The notes beneath the pieces are model-generated. The model made no database searches and had not been told where the DNA came from. It saw only the letters and a program-made list of their open reading frames with translations. This document shows positions 53,596-64,000 of a DNA stretch of 64,000 nt, piece by piece. The stretch is taken from positions 364,312,001 through 364,376,000 of the forward strand of contig OZ024742.1 in assembly GCA_964016885.1 (NCBI GenBank), given 5' to 3'. Position numbers and translations under genes: made by a program. The stretch comes from Eledone cirrhosa (lineage: Eukaryota). How positions within the stretch are numbered: the stretch's first letter is position 1; the number at the start of each line of letters is the position of its first letter.

Positions 53596-55481
53596 CAAAG
53601 TTAGTTTTATAAATATTGACATATCCAGGAAGGATTTCTTAATGGTTCAAGTTTTACATGGATAGTATAAGGAAAAAGGGGAAGAGAGGAAATAACAAGT
53701 ATTTCAAATTATTAAGATGAATATGCAAATGAGGTTGAGGTATAGGGCTGAACAAAAACGTTATTTTTAGACGCTAGATAGATTTAAATAATTATTACGA
53801 TTTATAGGAAGTAGAAAGAGAAAGAAAAAAAAAGCTTGTATTTACGTGAATTTAAAAAGATTGAAACGTTAAGAATTAACAGTTTGTTGGAGTGATGGAA
53901 TATGATTCCAGAATTAAAAAATATTTTTAGCTAAATTATGAGTTACAATATGTATATATATAATAAATTAGATTATATGAAGAATTATGGTTGTAAGTAC
54001 ATTTTATCTTATTAAATTGTAACAGGTTGTAAGTCTATAAATATCTATATAGATTAATAAGTGTATAAATATAAGTATTATTGGTGATCATATAGATATA
54101 AAACACACGTATTAATTGTTTACATTTCTAATATGAGTTACGAAGGATGTTGATATTACATTTTACATATATATTTAAGAAAAAGACGTAGTTCAAATTA
54201 TAAGAGAACAATTTGTAGATTCAAATATTTTCCTCCACCATTGAAAATATTTTCAGAACATTATTAATTTAGCGAAATTACATAATTTATCATATTAGTT
54301 ATTATGTCTATGTTTGCTCAATTGTAAAGGAAAATATAACTCCAATATTATTTGTTAAACTATTAGATTTGATGAATAACTTTCTTAGAAAATGCGGAAA
54401 GTATGTAGAGAAAATTCTATATTATTTTGTGTGAGATTATAAGGTATTTTATATTACATGTTTTCAAGGATGAGAATTTCAATTATATATTATTTACGTC
54501 GAAAGATGTGTGAAAAATATGAAGATTAAAGAGAGGAAAAATGTATTATTAGATAAGTCGAGAGTGCATTTGGAAGAACTATCGTAAAGAGGATATATTT
54601 CAGAATATCAATTAAAAAGTATCAATCTAAAAAAATATATATAAATCTAAAAATAGATTAAGAAGAGTATCATTGGGAAAAGAATATCAATTGGTAAAAA
54701 TACTAAATTTAAGAAAAAATATCATTTAAAAACATTTAAATTAAAAAAAAAAGTACCTCAGTAAATAACAGGATCATTAAAGATGTATAAGATGTAGTCA
54801 AGTGTAATGAATATTATAGATTTAAAATATTTCGGGAAGTGGATTTTTGGCGAATTCGGCAAGAAGTAAACTTTTCGCTTTTTAAATTAATAGAATTTTG
54901 ACAGTTAATTATATAAAAAATGTCCTTTCTTAATCTTCAAAATTGTTTACGCATCTTTCAACGTAGATAATATGTAATTGAAATTCTCATCCTTGAAAAC
55001 ATGTAATATAAAATACTTTATAATCTCACACAAAATAATATAGAATTTTCTCTACATACTTTCCGCATTTTCTAAGAAAATTATTCATCAAATCTAATAT
55101 TAATAGTTTAACAAATAATATTGGAGTTATATTTTCCTTTACAATTGAGCAAACATAGACATAATAACTAATATGATAAGTTATGTAATTTCGCTAAATT
55201 AACAATGTTCTGAAAATATTTTCAATGGTGGAGGAAAATATTTGAATCTACAAATTGTTCTTCTCTTATAATTTGAACTGCGTCTTTTTCTTAAATATAT
55301 ATGTAAAATGTAAAATCAACATCCTTCGTAACTCATATTAGAAATGTAAACAAATTAATACGTGTGTTTTATATCTATATGATCACCAATAATACTTATA
55401 TTTATACACTTATTAATCTATATAGATATGTATATACTTACAACCTGTGGCAATTTAATAAGATAAAATGTACTTACAACT

Positions 55482-58210
55482 ATGGTCTACGTTCGTTCAA
55501 ACTTTTCGGTAATTCCTTGCGTTGATTTGAACGAATCACTAGAAGTTTTTTTCTGTGACATACGTATGACCATGTCAACACTTCTGCTTGGTGTTGTTTA
55601 TCGCCCCCAAACTAACATCAGGACACACAGCTTTGCGATATCCTCAGATATGCTGCCAGGAAAACAGCCACTTATGTGTTTATTGCAGGTGACTTCAATC
55701 ATCCTGAGATCAATTGGGAACCCTTTCGTTGGCCACAAAGTGCAAACGATTTCCTTGAGCTAGTGCTGGACTCAAACTGGTCACAAGTAGTTACCTCTCC
55801 AACAAGAAGTGACAACACTTTGGACCTGATCTTCATCACTACCCCTGAAGTGGTTATCAGTTGTACTACTGAGGAACCTCTACGCGACTCTGATGATGCT
55901 ATGATCATTGCCAATCTGGCTCTTGCGGGCAGCAACAAAAACTAGAACCATGTCCAATCTGCTTGTTTTGATTGAAAGAAAGCAGATTAGAACTTGTACT
56001 GCACTGAGCTACAGCGCCCAAACTGGCATGAGTGCTATAACTCTGGAGATGTGAACACTATACTTCAGAGCATCCTGGACTCAATATGGCGTAGCGTGTG
56101 CAACATTAGTGCCACGTAAGCAGAACACCACCCCCAAAAGTGCAATTTGGGAAACTTCAGCTGTCCGACTTGCCAGGAAAGAACGTCGGAATGCTGAACG
56201 GGAATATAAACTGCATAAATGCCAACAGAAAAAAAGCGGAATAAGTTTTCCAATCATCTCAAACAGTGACAAAAAAGCAGTGCTTGAATTTGAACAGTGC
56301 ATAGCAACGAATCCTGACAGTAAGGTGTTCTGGAAATATGTACATTCAAAGCAGAGACCTCACTCTCCACTTGGTCCTCTTCGCAATCCCCACACAAGTC
56401 AGATCACTGAAGATCCCAAAGAATGCTGAAAACCCATTGCTGAGTGCTATGCAAGCATTTTTACTGTTGAAAACCAGAATGTACCATTTCCACCATTTCT
56501 AACATCAAATTTCATAACAACTATGGAATTTACACCTGCAATGCTGCGATGTCACTGTAAGAATAAGCGTAACTATGCCTCCCCTGGTCTTGATGGTGTT
56601 ACATACCTGCTTCCCAAACGTGGCGGGTACTTCCTTTTGCACCAGCTTTCTTTCTACTTTCAAGACTGTCTCAACAATGGTGCTACTCCAGAGCAGTGGA
56701 AAACTGCCAGTGTCATTCCCCTGTTCAAAAAGGGCGACCGCACGTCACCAGTCAACTATCGTCCAGTCAGTCTTACTAGCTGTATTGCCAAACTGATGGA
56801 ATCCTGTGTCAGAGAAATACTTTGGAACTTCTGGAGCTCTCACTGCCTCATCCGGCCCTCGCAATTTGGATTTATCCCTAACTCCAGCAGCTGCGATCAG
56901 CTTATCGACTTCCTTGAAGACATTACCCGCATCACTGACAGCGGCTCATTGGTGGATGTTGTTTACCTTGACTTCGTTAAGGCTTTTAATTCTGTGCCAC
57001 ACAAAAGACTTATGGCGAAACTCTCTGCAATGGGTGTGAAGGATGATCTTTTTAACTGGTTGAAATCCTTCATTCTCAGCCGAAAAGAGGTAGTCACGGT
57101 TCTAGGACAGCATTCTTCACCATATGAGATGTCACTTGGTGTACCAAAGGAATATGTTCTTGGTCCTCTTTTGTTTGCTGCATACATTAATGACATAGAA
57201 GACAACTTAAAAAATGCCACGGTACTGAAATATGCAGATGACATCAAGCTCTACCTTGAAATTAAAAGGACAGATCCTGAAATCTATAACTCTTTCCTAC
57301 AATCAGACCTGGACACAATGCAGCAATGGATCACAGACTGGCAGCTGAAGCTGGCTGTGGACAAGTGTACCACCATGCCTTTTGGGAGGAGAAATCCAGC
57401 GTCCACATACTCCCTCCACAACACTGATATCAAGAAGTCCTCTTGTGAACGTGAGCTGCGCATTACTGTCATCACCGATTTGCGTTGGACAAAGCACATC
57501 TCTAAAATTGTCAAGAATGCCGAGGGTGTCTTGACATCACTCAGCAAGACCTTTGTTAGCCGCTCTCCATCCATTTATTTAAAGCTGTATACAGCTCTGG
57601 TACGACCTCACTTGGAATTCGCATCATCAGTCTGGAACCCCTATCTTGCTCAGAACATTGACCTCCTGGAAACTGTTCAGAGACGTGAAACCAATAGAAT
57701 AACCCCCCACCCCTCATCAGAAACCTACCATTATTCTGAACGCCTTGCTTCCCTGGGCATGGATTCATTGAAGCCCCCGACGTCTGGCAATGGACTTTGT
57801 AAACACCCACAAAGTTATTAACCATCTCGCCAACAACAACCCTGAGCACTTTTTTGATCTCCATGTGTCTAACACACGTGGACATGCCTACAAAATCAGA
57901 AAACAGCACAGCTCCCATGACTTTCGGAAACATTTTTTCACGCTTAGAGATGCTGAAGCATGGAACAAACTGCCTGCGTCAGTTGTTAGCTGCCGAAACA
58001 CTGCATCCTTTAAAACACTCATGCTTCACGAAATTCGCCAAAACTACACCTGATGTCCCCCTTCCATACACATGCACACATGTGTATATCATGACTCACA
58101 CACTGTTCATTTTCCTGACGTTTGTACATTACCCTATGTATTATACATACACTTTTGATGAGTTGTAGTGCACTTGAGCACTATACACAATATTTTCATT
58201 ATTATTATTA
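55482..58210 (+). mobile_element. 5'-truncated decayed CR1-group LINE (APE and RT)
   Basis: AGDFNHPEINW, PTRSDNTLDLIF, NYRPVSLTS, VYLDFVKAFNSVPH, YADDIKLY, TRGH..RKHFF..WNKLP; (ATT)n tail; frameshifts. Confidence 0.92.
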
Positions 58211-58688
58211 TAATTTTTCATATAATCTAATTGATTATATATATAATATTATAACTCATAATTTAGCTAAATATTTTTTTAAATTCTGGAATCATCTTCC
58301 ATCACTCCAACAAACTGTTAATTCTTATCGTTTCAATCTTTTTTAAATTCCCGTATATACAAGCTTTTCTTTTTCCTTCTTCTTCCTATACATACATATA
58401 AATCGTAATAATTATTTAAATCTACCTAGCGTCTAAAATTAACGTTTTTTTTCAGCCCTATACCTCATTATTATTCATCTTACTAATTTGAAAAATTTGT
58501 TTTTTCCTCTCTTCCCCTTTTTCTGTTTACTATCCAGGTAAAACTTGAACCATTAAGATCTCGTTCCTGGATATGTCAATATTTATAAAACAAACTTTGA
58601 TGAGAGCGTACCGAATTTTTCATACCCTTGAAATTGATATAATAGAATAAATATGGTTTTATAAATATAGTTTCAATTTATTAATATC

Positions 58689-58734
<46 letters not shown>

Positions 58735-58737
<3 letters not shown>

Positions 58738-59279
58738 GATAAATCTACCAAGAGTTTACGGTAGTGTCCAATCCGTATGAAGAACTCAATGTATTCCGGA
58801 TATCATGGAAAGAAGAGATGTAATGAAAATCCACTTTCGGTGAAAGATAAACGGTATACAGAGTCAAGATAAAATATTAAACAAATAATGAACAAACAAT
58901 TCCTTATATTAAACAAAAAAAGTTCACTATTTAACGATCGTTTCTAGGGCATATATGTGTTATAATTGGTATGCATATTTAACAGATCTATGTACAAAAT
59001 TATACAAAATTATACAAATTATCAAGATTAAATATACATACCTAACTCATATATACGCCGTCTTCAGAAATAATAATTATTTCTGAAGACGGCGTATATA
59101 TGAGTTAGGTATGTATATTTAATCTTGATAATTTGTATAATTTTGTATAATTTTGTACATAGATCTGTTAAATATGCATACCAATTATAACACATATATG
59201 CCCTAGAAACGATCGTTAAATAGTGAACTTTTTTTGTTTAATATAAGGAATTGTTTGTTCATTATTTGTTTAATATTTT
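58735..59279. mobile_element. Fold-back insert with head-to-head hammerheads
   Basis: About 58869-59074 and 59076-59279 are essentially perfect inverted repeats; the left arm extends to 58735. Confidence 0.9.
59078..59222 (+). ncRNA. Hammerhead with long stem II domain (mirror copy 58928-59072 on -)
   Basis: tattt-CTGAAGA-cggcgtatatatgagtta..taacacatatatgcccta-GAAACGATCGTT^aaata. Confidence 0.68.
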
Positions 59280-59370
59280 ATATATATATATATATATATA
59301 TAATACATTATGAAGAGAGAAGAAACATTTAGATATAATTAGTAATAGTATCATACCTAAACTGTTGCTA

Positions 59371-59467
59371 GATTCCTCGACTACGTAGTTTCGTGGCATA
59401 AACGAAAACAATACATCATAAAGATATAGAGTCCTTGCGAGGTCTGCCGACTTATCAAGAGGATATC
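59371..59467 (-). ncRNA. U3:A8-variant hammerhead ribozyme, copy 1
   Basis: tcctc-TTGATAA-gtcggca..tgccac-GAAACTACGTAGTC^gagga; palindromic ACTACGTAGT stem III; GUC site. Confidence 0.78.
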
Positions 59468-59963
59468 TCATTTTACTAGCTTCAAGAACGCGTCTACACG
59501 ACGTGAGAAAGAATCCCAAAAGGCGGAGGGGGAGATAGTCACGCGATATAACGGTCGAGAAACAGAGCTAAGCCTCTTATAACCCCGAAGAAAATACCAC
59601 GGAGGCGGAGGGGGTATTTATATCGAAGCCGTAGAAGAGGTGGTGAAGGAGGCGATAAGTATGAGTAATGGCAGCTTTCCAGCAGTCACCACACTTCAAA
59701 GATTACTCGACCAGAGGGAGTTATGAACAATATATTTAGAAACACACAGATACATGCGGACACACACATATACATGAATGCATCCACACCCAACCGTGAG
59801 TTAATGGTGCCAACCTTACCGATGTTGCTCAATGAATGACTGGGACAGACCAATCCGGTTGAATTAGACTGAACCAGTATCAGAGTTAAAAATACATTAT
59901 GAAGAGAGAAGAAACATTTAGATATAATTAGTAATAAAATGTATCATACCTGAACTTTTCCTA

Positions 59964-60057
59964 GATTCCTCGACTACGTAGTTTCGTGGCATAAACAAAA
60001 ACAATACATCATAAAGATATAGAGTCCTTGCGAGGTCTGCCGACTTATCAAGAGGAT
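59964..60057 (-). ncRNA. U3:A8-variant hammerhead ribozyme, copy 2
   Basis: Same core as copy 1. Copy 3 (60556-60649) has GUC changed to GAC. Confidence 0.78.
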
Positions 60058-60679
60058 ACCTCATTTTACTAGCTTCAAGAACGCGTCTACACGACGTTAG
60101 AAAGAATCCCAAAAGGCGGAGGGGGAGATAGTCACGCGATATAACGGTCGAGAAACAGAGCTAAGCCTCTTATAACCCCGAAGAAATAACACGGAGGCGG
60201 AGGGGGTATTTATATCGAAGCCGTAGAAGAGGTGGTGAAGGAGGCGATAAGTATGAGTAATGGCAGCATTCCAGCAGTCACCACATTTCAAAGATTACTC
60301 GACCAGAGGGAGTTATGAACAATATATTTAGAAACACACAGATACATGCGGACACTCACATATACATGAATGCATCCACACCCAACCGTGAGTTAATGGT
60401 GCCAACCTTACCGATGTTGCTCAATGAATGACTAGGACAGACCAATCCGGTTGAATTAGACAGAACCAGTATCAGAGTTAAAAATACATTATGAAGAGAG
60501 AAGAAACATTTAGATATAATTAGTAATAAAATGTATCATACCTAAACTGTTCCTAGATTCCTCGTCTACGTAGTTTCGTGGCATAAACAAAAACAATACA
60601 TCATAAAGATATAGAGTCCTTGCGAGGTCTGCCGACTTATCAAGAGGATACCTCATTTTACTAGCTTCAAGAACGCGTC

Positions 60680-60746
<67 letters not shown>

Positions 60747-60951
60747 GTGAGTTTTGTTTACAAAATGAGAAATAACTAGCTTCAAGAACGCGTCTACATA
60801 TATATATATATATATTAGAAAGTGAGGTTTTTTTACAAAATGAGAAATAACCGAGGTGTCCTACACGAGTGAAAGTATAAAGAAAAAAAGATGAAATCGA
60901 AAATGCAACAGGAGTCTTATTTTAAAATAAATATATATATTCATTTGGTTC

Positions 60952-60987
60952 CTTTACCGGTTTCGCAGTTCTTCTGCTTTTCAAAAG
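60952..60987 (-). ncRNA. Minimal U3:A8-variant hammerhead in a pLTR fragment (60815-61035)
   Basis: ctt-TTGAAAA-gcag aagaa ctgc-GAAACCGGTA^aag; ACCGGT palindrome. Confidence 0.72.
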
Positions 60988-61030
60988 TAGAGTTGAGATG
61001 GAGGGTCTGTGGTTTTTCTCACATCTTTTT

Positions 61031-61107
<77 letters not shown>

Positions 61108-61314
61108 TTATATGAAAGGAGTTTTCATGCTGCTATGTTTTTACTATTTTGTTAACTTGAGAATATATATACACATATATATGATCAGTCGGACACTCTA
61201 ACCACAATATGTATATATGTATATAATGGAAAAATTTGAACAGGAACAAAACAGAGAGGCAGTACAACGAATGTTTATTAATTTCACGCTCTGGAGAGTG
61301 GGTGGTGGTGGGGA

Positions 61315-61347
61315 ACGACGTTTCGGGCATAAGCTCTTCCTCAGGTG
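61315..61347 (-). ncRNA. Hammerhead-like motif with no stem III loop
   Basis: cac-CTGAGGA-a-gagc ttat gccc-GAAACGTC^gt; weak stem I; could only work as a dimer. Confidence 0.45.
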
Positions 61348-61599
61348 AGAAGTGTGTGGGAACAGAGTTCAAAGGGTGTGTAGGGGAGTGGTGGAGAGAC
61401 ATATAGCGAAAGGAAACGGTGCGAATGAAATTAAAAATAAAAATAAAAATAAAGCATGATCAAAATACAAGGAATGAAATAAAATTAAATATAAAAGCAT
61501 ATATATATGTAGAAGTTATATTTAATTTGTTTATATACTACACAGTATTCCTCCAGTTTTGTTATTGACAAAAGATAAAGGCGCTGGATTGATAGTACC

Positions 61600-61775
61600 A
61601 GTGGACCGTCATACACTATACTTGTTACTACGTTCCTTTACATACTGAGTTACAATCCAACCAAAGTTAGCTTTGCCTTTCATACTTACGGGATCGATGA
61701 AGTAAATTAACAGTAACGCACTGAGGTTGATTCAGTAATCTTTCCCCTCTCCCAAAGTTGTTTGCCTTGTACCTC
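61600..61775 (+). mobile_element. Decayed CORE-type SINE
   Basis: ctgagttacaatcc..ctttgcctttcatacttacgggatcgatgaa..gccttgtacct. Confidence 0.55.
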
Positions 61776-62320
61776 TAACAGAAACCATTGATTACAAAAC
61801 AATCTGTCTTACCCAGCAATTGTTCAGTTTTACACGAAGAAGACGTTTACTTTTACATTTTACTAGAAATAACAAGACTGACTAAAATATATAATTTAAA
61901 CACAAGGAACGTCTAACTTATCTCACGTCTACAAAGATATCATTCGTTAAAAGTGTTTAAATGCGTCTAAATATTTCTTGTTTTTGTGAATCATAAATTA
62001 TATTTATTGCGTGGGAAGCTCGTGGTTCAAGGATTTTGAGGTTCGTTTCACCTTTGTAATATCATGGCTTCGAAATCCAGCGGTGTTCTGTGCTCCTGAG
62101 TAAGACATTTTATTTCGTATGGATTTAGTCCACTTAGCTGTCAATATCAGTTGTATCTGCAATTCAAAGAACCAGTCTTAGCATATCAAATGTTAAACTG
62201 AATCTCCCTGAGTACTATGTTAATCTTCCAGGTGACTGTCACTCGCATGTGAATTTCACCATCAGTTTCTTCCCTTGATCGAATCAACTGGTACAGGTAT
62301 CGTCAGAAATATATTTCGAA

Positions 62321-62566
62321 CATACATACACACACACACACACATACATGCACACACATATATATAAACACATACACACTTACATACACACAGATAAACA
62401 TATATACGCATACACACATATATACACACACACATACATACACACACAAAACATACATGCACACACACACACACACATATATACACACACACATACACAT
62501 GTACATACACACACACACACACACACACTTACACACACATACAAACACATACACATACGCACAGAT

Positions 62567-62619
<53 letters not shown>
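62321..62619. repeat. Compound (CA)n/(TA)n microsatellite
   Basis: Direct reading. Confidence 0.95.
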
Positions 62620-62623
<4 letters not shown>

Positions 62624-63037
62624 TAAAAGGAAAAGAAAATGCTGACAAATTGTTCCCAGTGAAAAATAGTTTAATTAGGAATAAGTAAAAATTAGTAATA
62701 AGTATTGGTTAGTATTCAGTTTTAGATTTAAGTTTTTACCGGTTGCGCATTTCTAATGCTTTTAAAAAATAATTTTGAGATAGAGCGCCCGTGATGTTTG
62801 CTCCAATCTGAGATTAGAGCAAACATCACGGGCGCTCTATCTCAAAATTATTTTTGAAAAGCATTAGAAATGCGCAACCGGTAAAAACTTAAATCTAAAA
62901 CTGAATACTAACCAATACTTATTACTAATTTTTACTCTTATTCCTAATTAAACTATTTTTCACTGGGAACAATTTGTTAGCATTTTCTTTTCCTTTTACC
63001 AATATATCACAACTCGTGTGTCACACCTCTATTCTTT

Positions 63038-63042
<5 letters not shown>
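62620..63042. mobile_element. Fold-back solo pLTR of the Neptune-like family
   Basis: Inverted arms of about 190 bp centred near 62810; sequence matches about 9705-9925. Confidence 0.9.
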
Positions 63043-63076
<34 letters not shown>

Positions 63077-63429
63077 ATAATAATAAAATTGAAGACTAAA
63101 ATCCAAAGAGGGCTCGATAAGGAAAATATATATCAAATATATAAGAACCGAAGAGCAAATATTTATTAAAATAACAGATTAAAGTTTAAGCAAAGAATCG
63201 CTGCTTTCACCCTTAACGGGATCTTCTGAAACTAACAAAGTCAATCTGTAAACGCAGTACTGGATATTTCAAAAAACGTTGCAACCGGAGGAAGACAGGA
63301 AGACGATACTTTGGTTCATGGTGACGTTCGCTGGCAAAGAACGGGAAAAAAATGAATAATACGTCATTAATAGGAGCGGTGAAAAACAATTACGCGCAAA
63401 GACAGAACCACGTTTATGGTATAAAAGAG

Positions 63430-63730
63430 GTCGTAGACTAATGTTCTCTAAGTGGTGCATAGAGACGTTCTCTGTAGGGGGAAAATGCTTCGTAATAAGG
63501 GAAAGAAAGATCTTGGATTTGTCGATAGGGTAGCATATACAGAGTACGAGAATAGACCTAGAAGAAATAGATCCCGTCGCATTTGTTGGTTTAACCCACC
63601 ATATAATATGGAGGTGGCCACACCATTAGCTAAGATCTTTCTTTCCCTTATTACGAAGCATTTTCCCCCTACACATAAATATAGTAAAATTTTTAATAGA
63701 AACACTATTAAAATGTCTTACTCTACGACT
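63430..63730. repeat. Inverted repeat, probably another decayed fold-back
   Basis: tgtagggggaaaatgcttcgtaataagggaaagaaagatctt (63473-63514) is perfectly inverted at about 63632-63673. Confidence 0.7.
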
Positions 63731-64000
63731 CCTAACCTTGCACATAACATCATAGCTTCAAATTTAGCTAAACTACCTAGCCGTAGGAACACGTGCAACC
63801 CTGTAGTTAGTACTAACTGTAATTATAGGAATAGGGCTGATTGTCCCCTATCCGGAAAATGCCTCTCTAGTAACATTGTCTACAAATGTAAGGTTGTAAC
63901 ACCCACGTCCCGTAGGGCCTACATAGGGTTAACCGCCAATAGTTTCAAACAGCGTCTTTACATGCATACCCATTCTTTTCGTTACCCTCTAAGAAGGAAT

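Larger units (their letters stand above)
53402..58692. mobile_element. Old large fold-back element (arms of about 1 kb) interrupted by a CR1 LINE
   Basis: About 53990-54510 is inverted at about 54960-55480; about 53487-53988 is inverted at about 58210-58692; TA flanks. Confidence 0.85.
59302..60682 (-). mobile_element. Tandem array (about 2.3 units of 592-593 bp), retrozyme-like, one hammerhead per unit
   Basis: gattcctcg at 59371, 59964 and 60556; units highly similar; non-coding; TA flanks. Confidence 0.85.

Noticed and set aside
59262-60785. Repeated small ORF MRYPLDKSADLARTLYLYDVLF
   Set aside because: Repeats only because the DNA unit repeats; overlaps the ribozyme; ends vary between copies.
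63195-63236. Minus-strand cagaaga-tccc gttaa gggt-gaaa motif
   Set aside because: Core reads CAGA, with no valid cleavage triplet or stem I; probably a decayed hammerhead.

Overview
Repeat-saturated animal genomic DNA, probably an octopod cephalopod (inferred from the SINE and LINE content). No host gene is confidently identifiable. The window resolves into two microsatellite niches. (1) (ACAT)n tracts at about 12.3-46.6 kb hold a strictly polarised stack of non-LTR retrotransposons: one RTE LINE with an intact 1181-aa ORF (APE, RT, three C2H2 fingers), two decayed RTEs and eight short bipartite non-autonomous RTE derivatives, all on the minus strand, plus two near-full-length and four 5'-truncated R4/Dong (REL-endonuclease) elements, all on the plus strand. 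(2) (TA)n tracts hold Penelope-like elements: one Neptune-like near-full copy, one Naiad-like fragment, and about a dozen short non-coding fold-back or tandem inserts. By eye these carry about 20 type I hammerhead ribozyme motifs from roughly 10 families, including U3:A8 core variants, a recurrent A13C variant, very long stem II insertions and a 593-bp tandem retrozyme-like array. A decayed CR1-group LINE and several CORE-type SINEs are also present. All RNA folds were done by hand and none has been tested.
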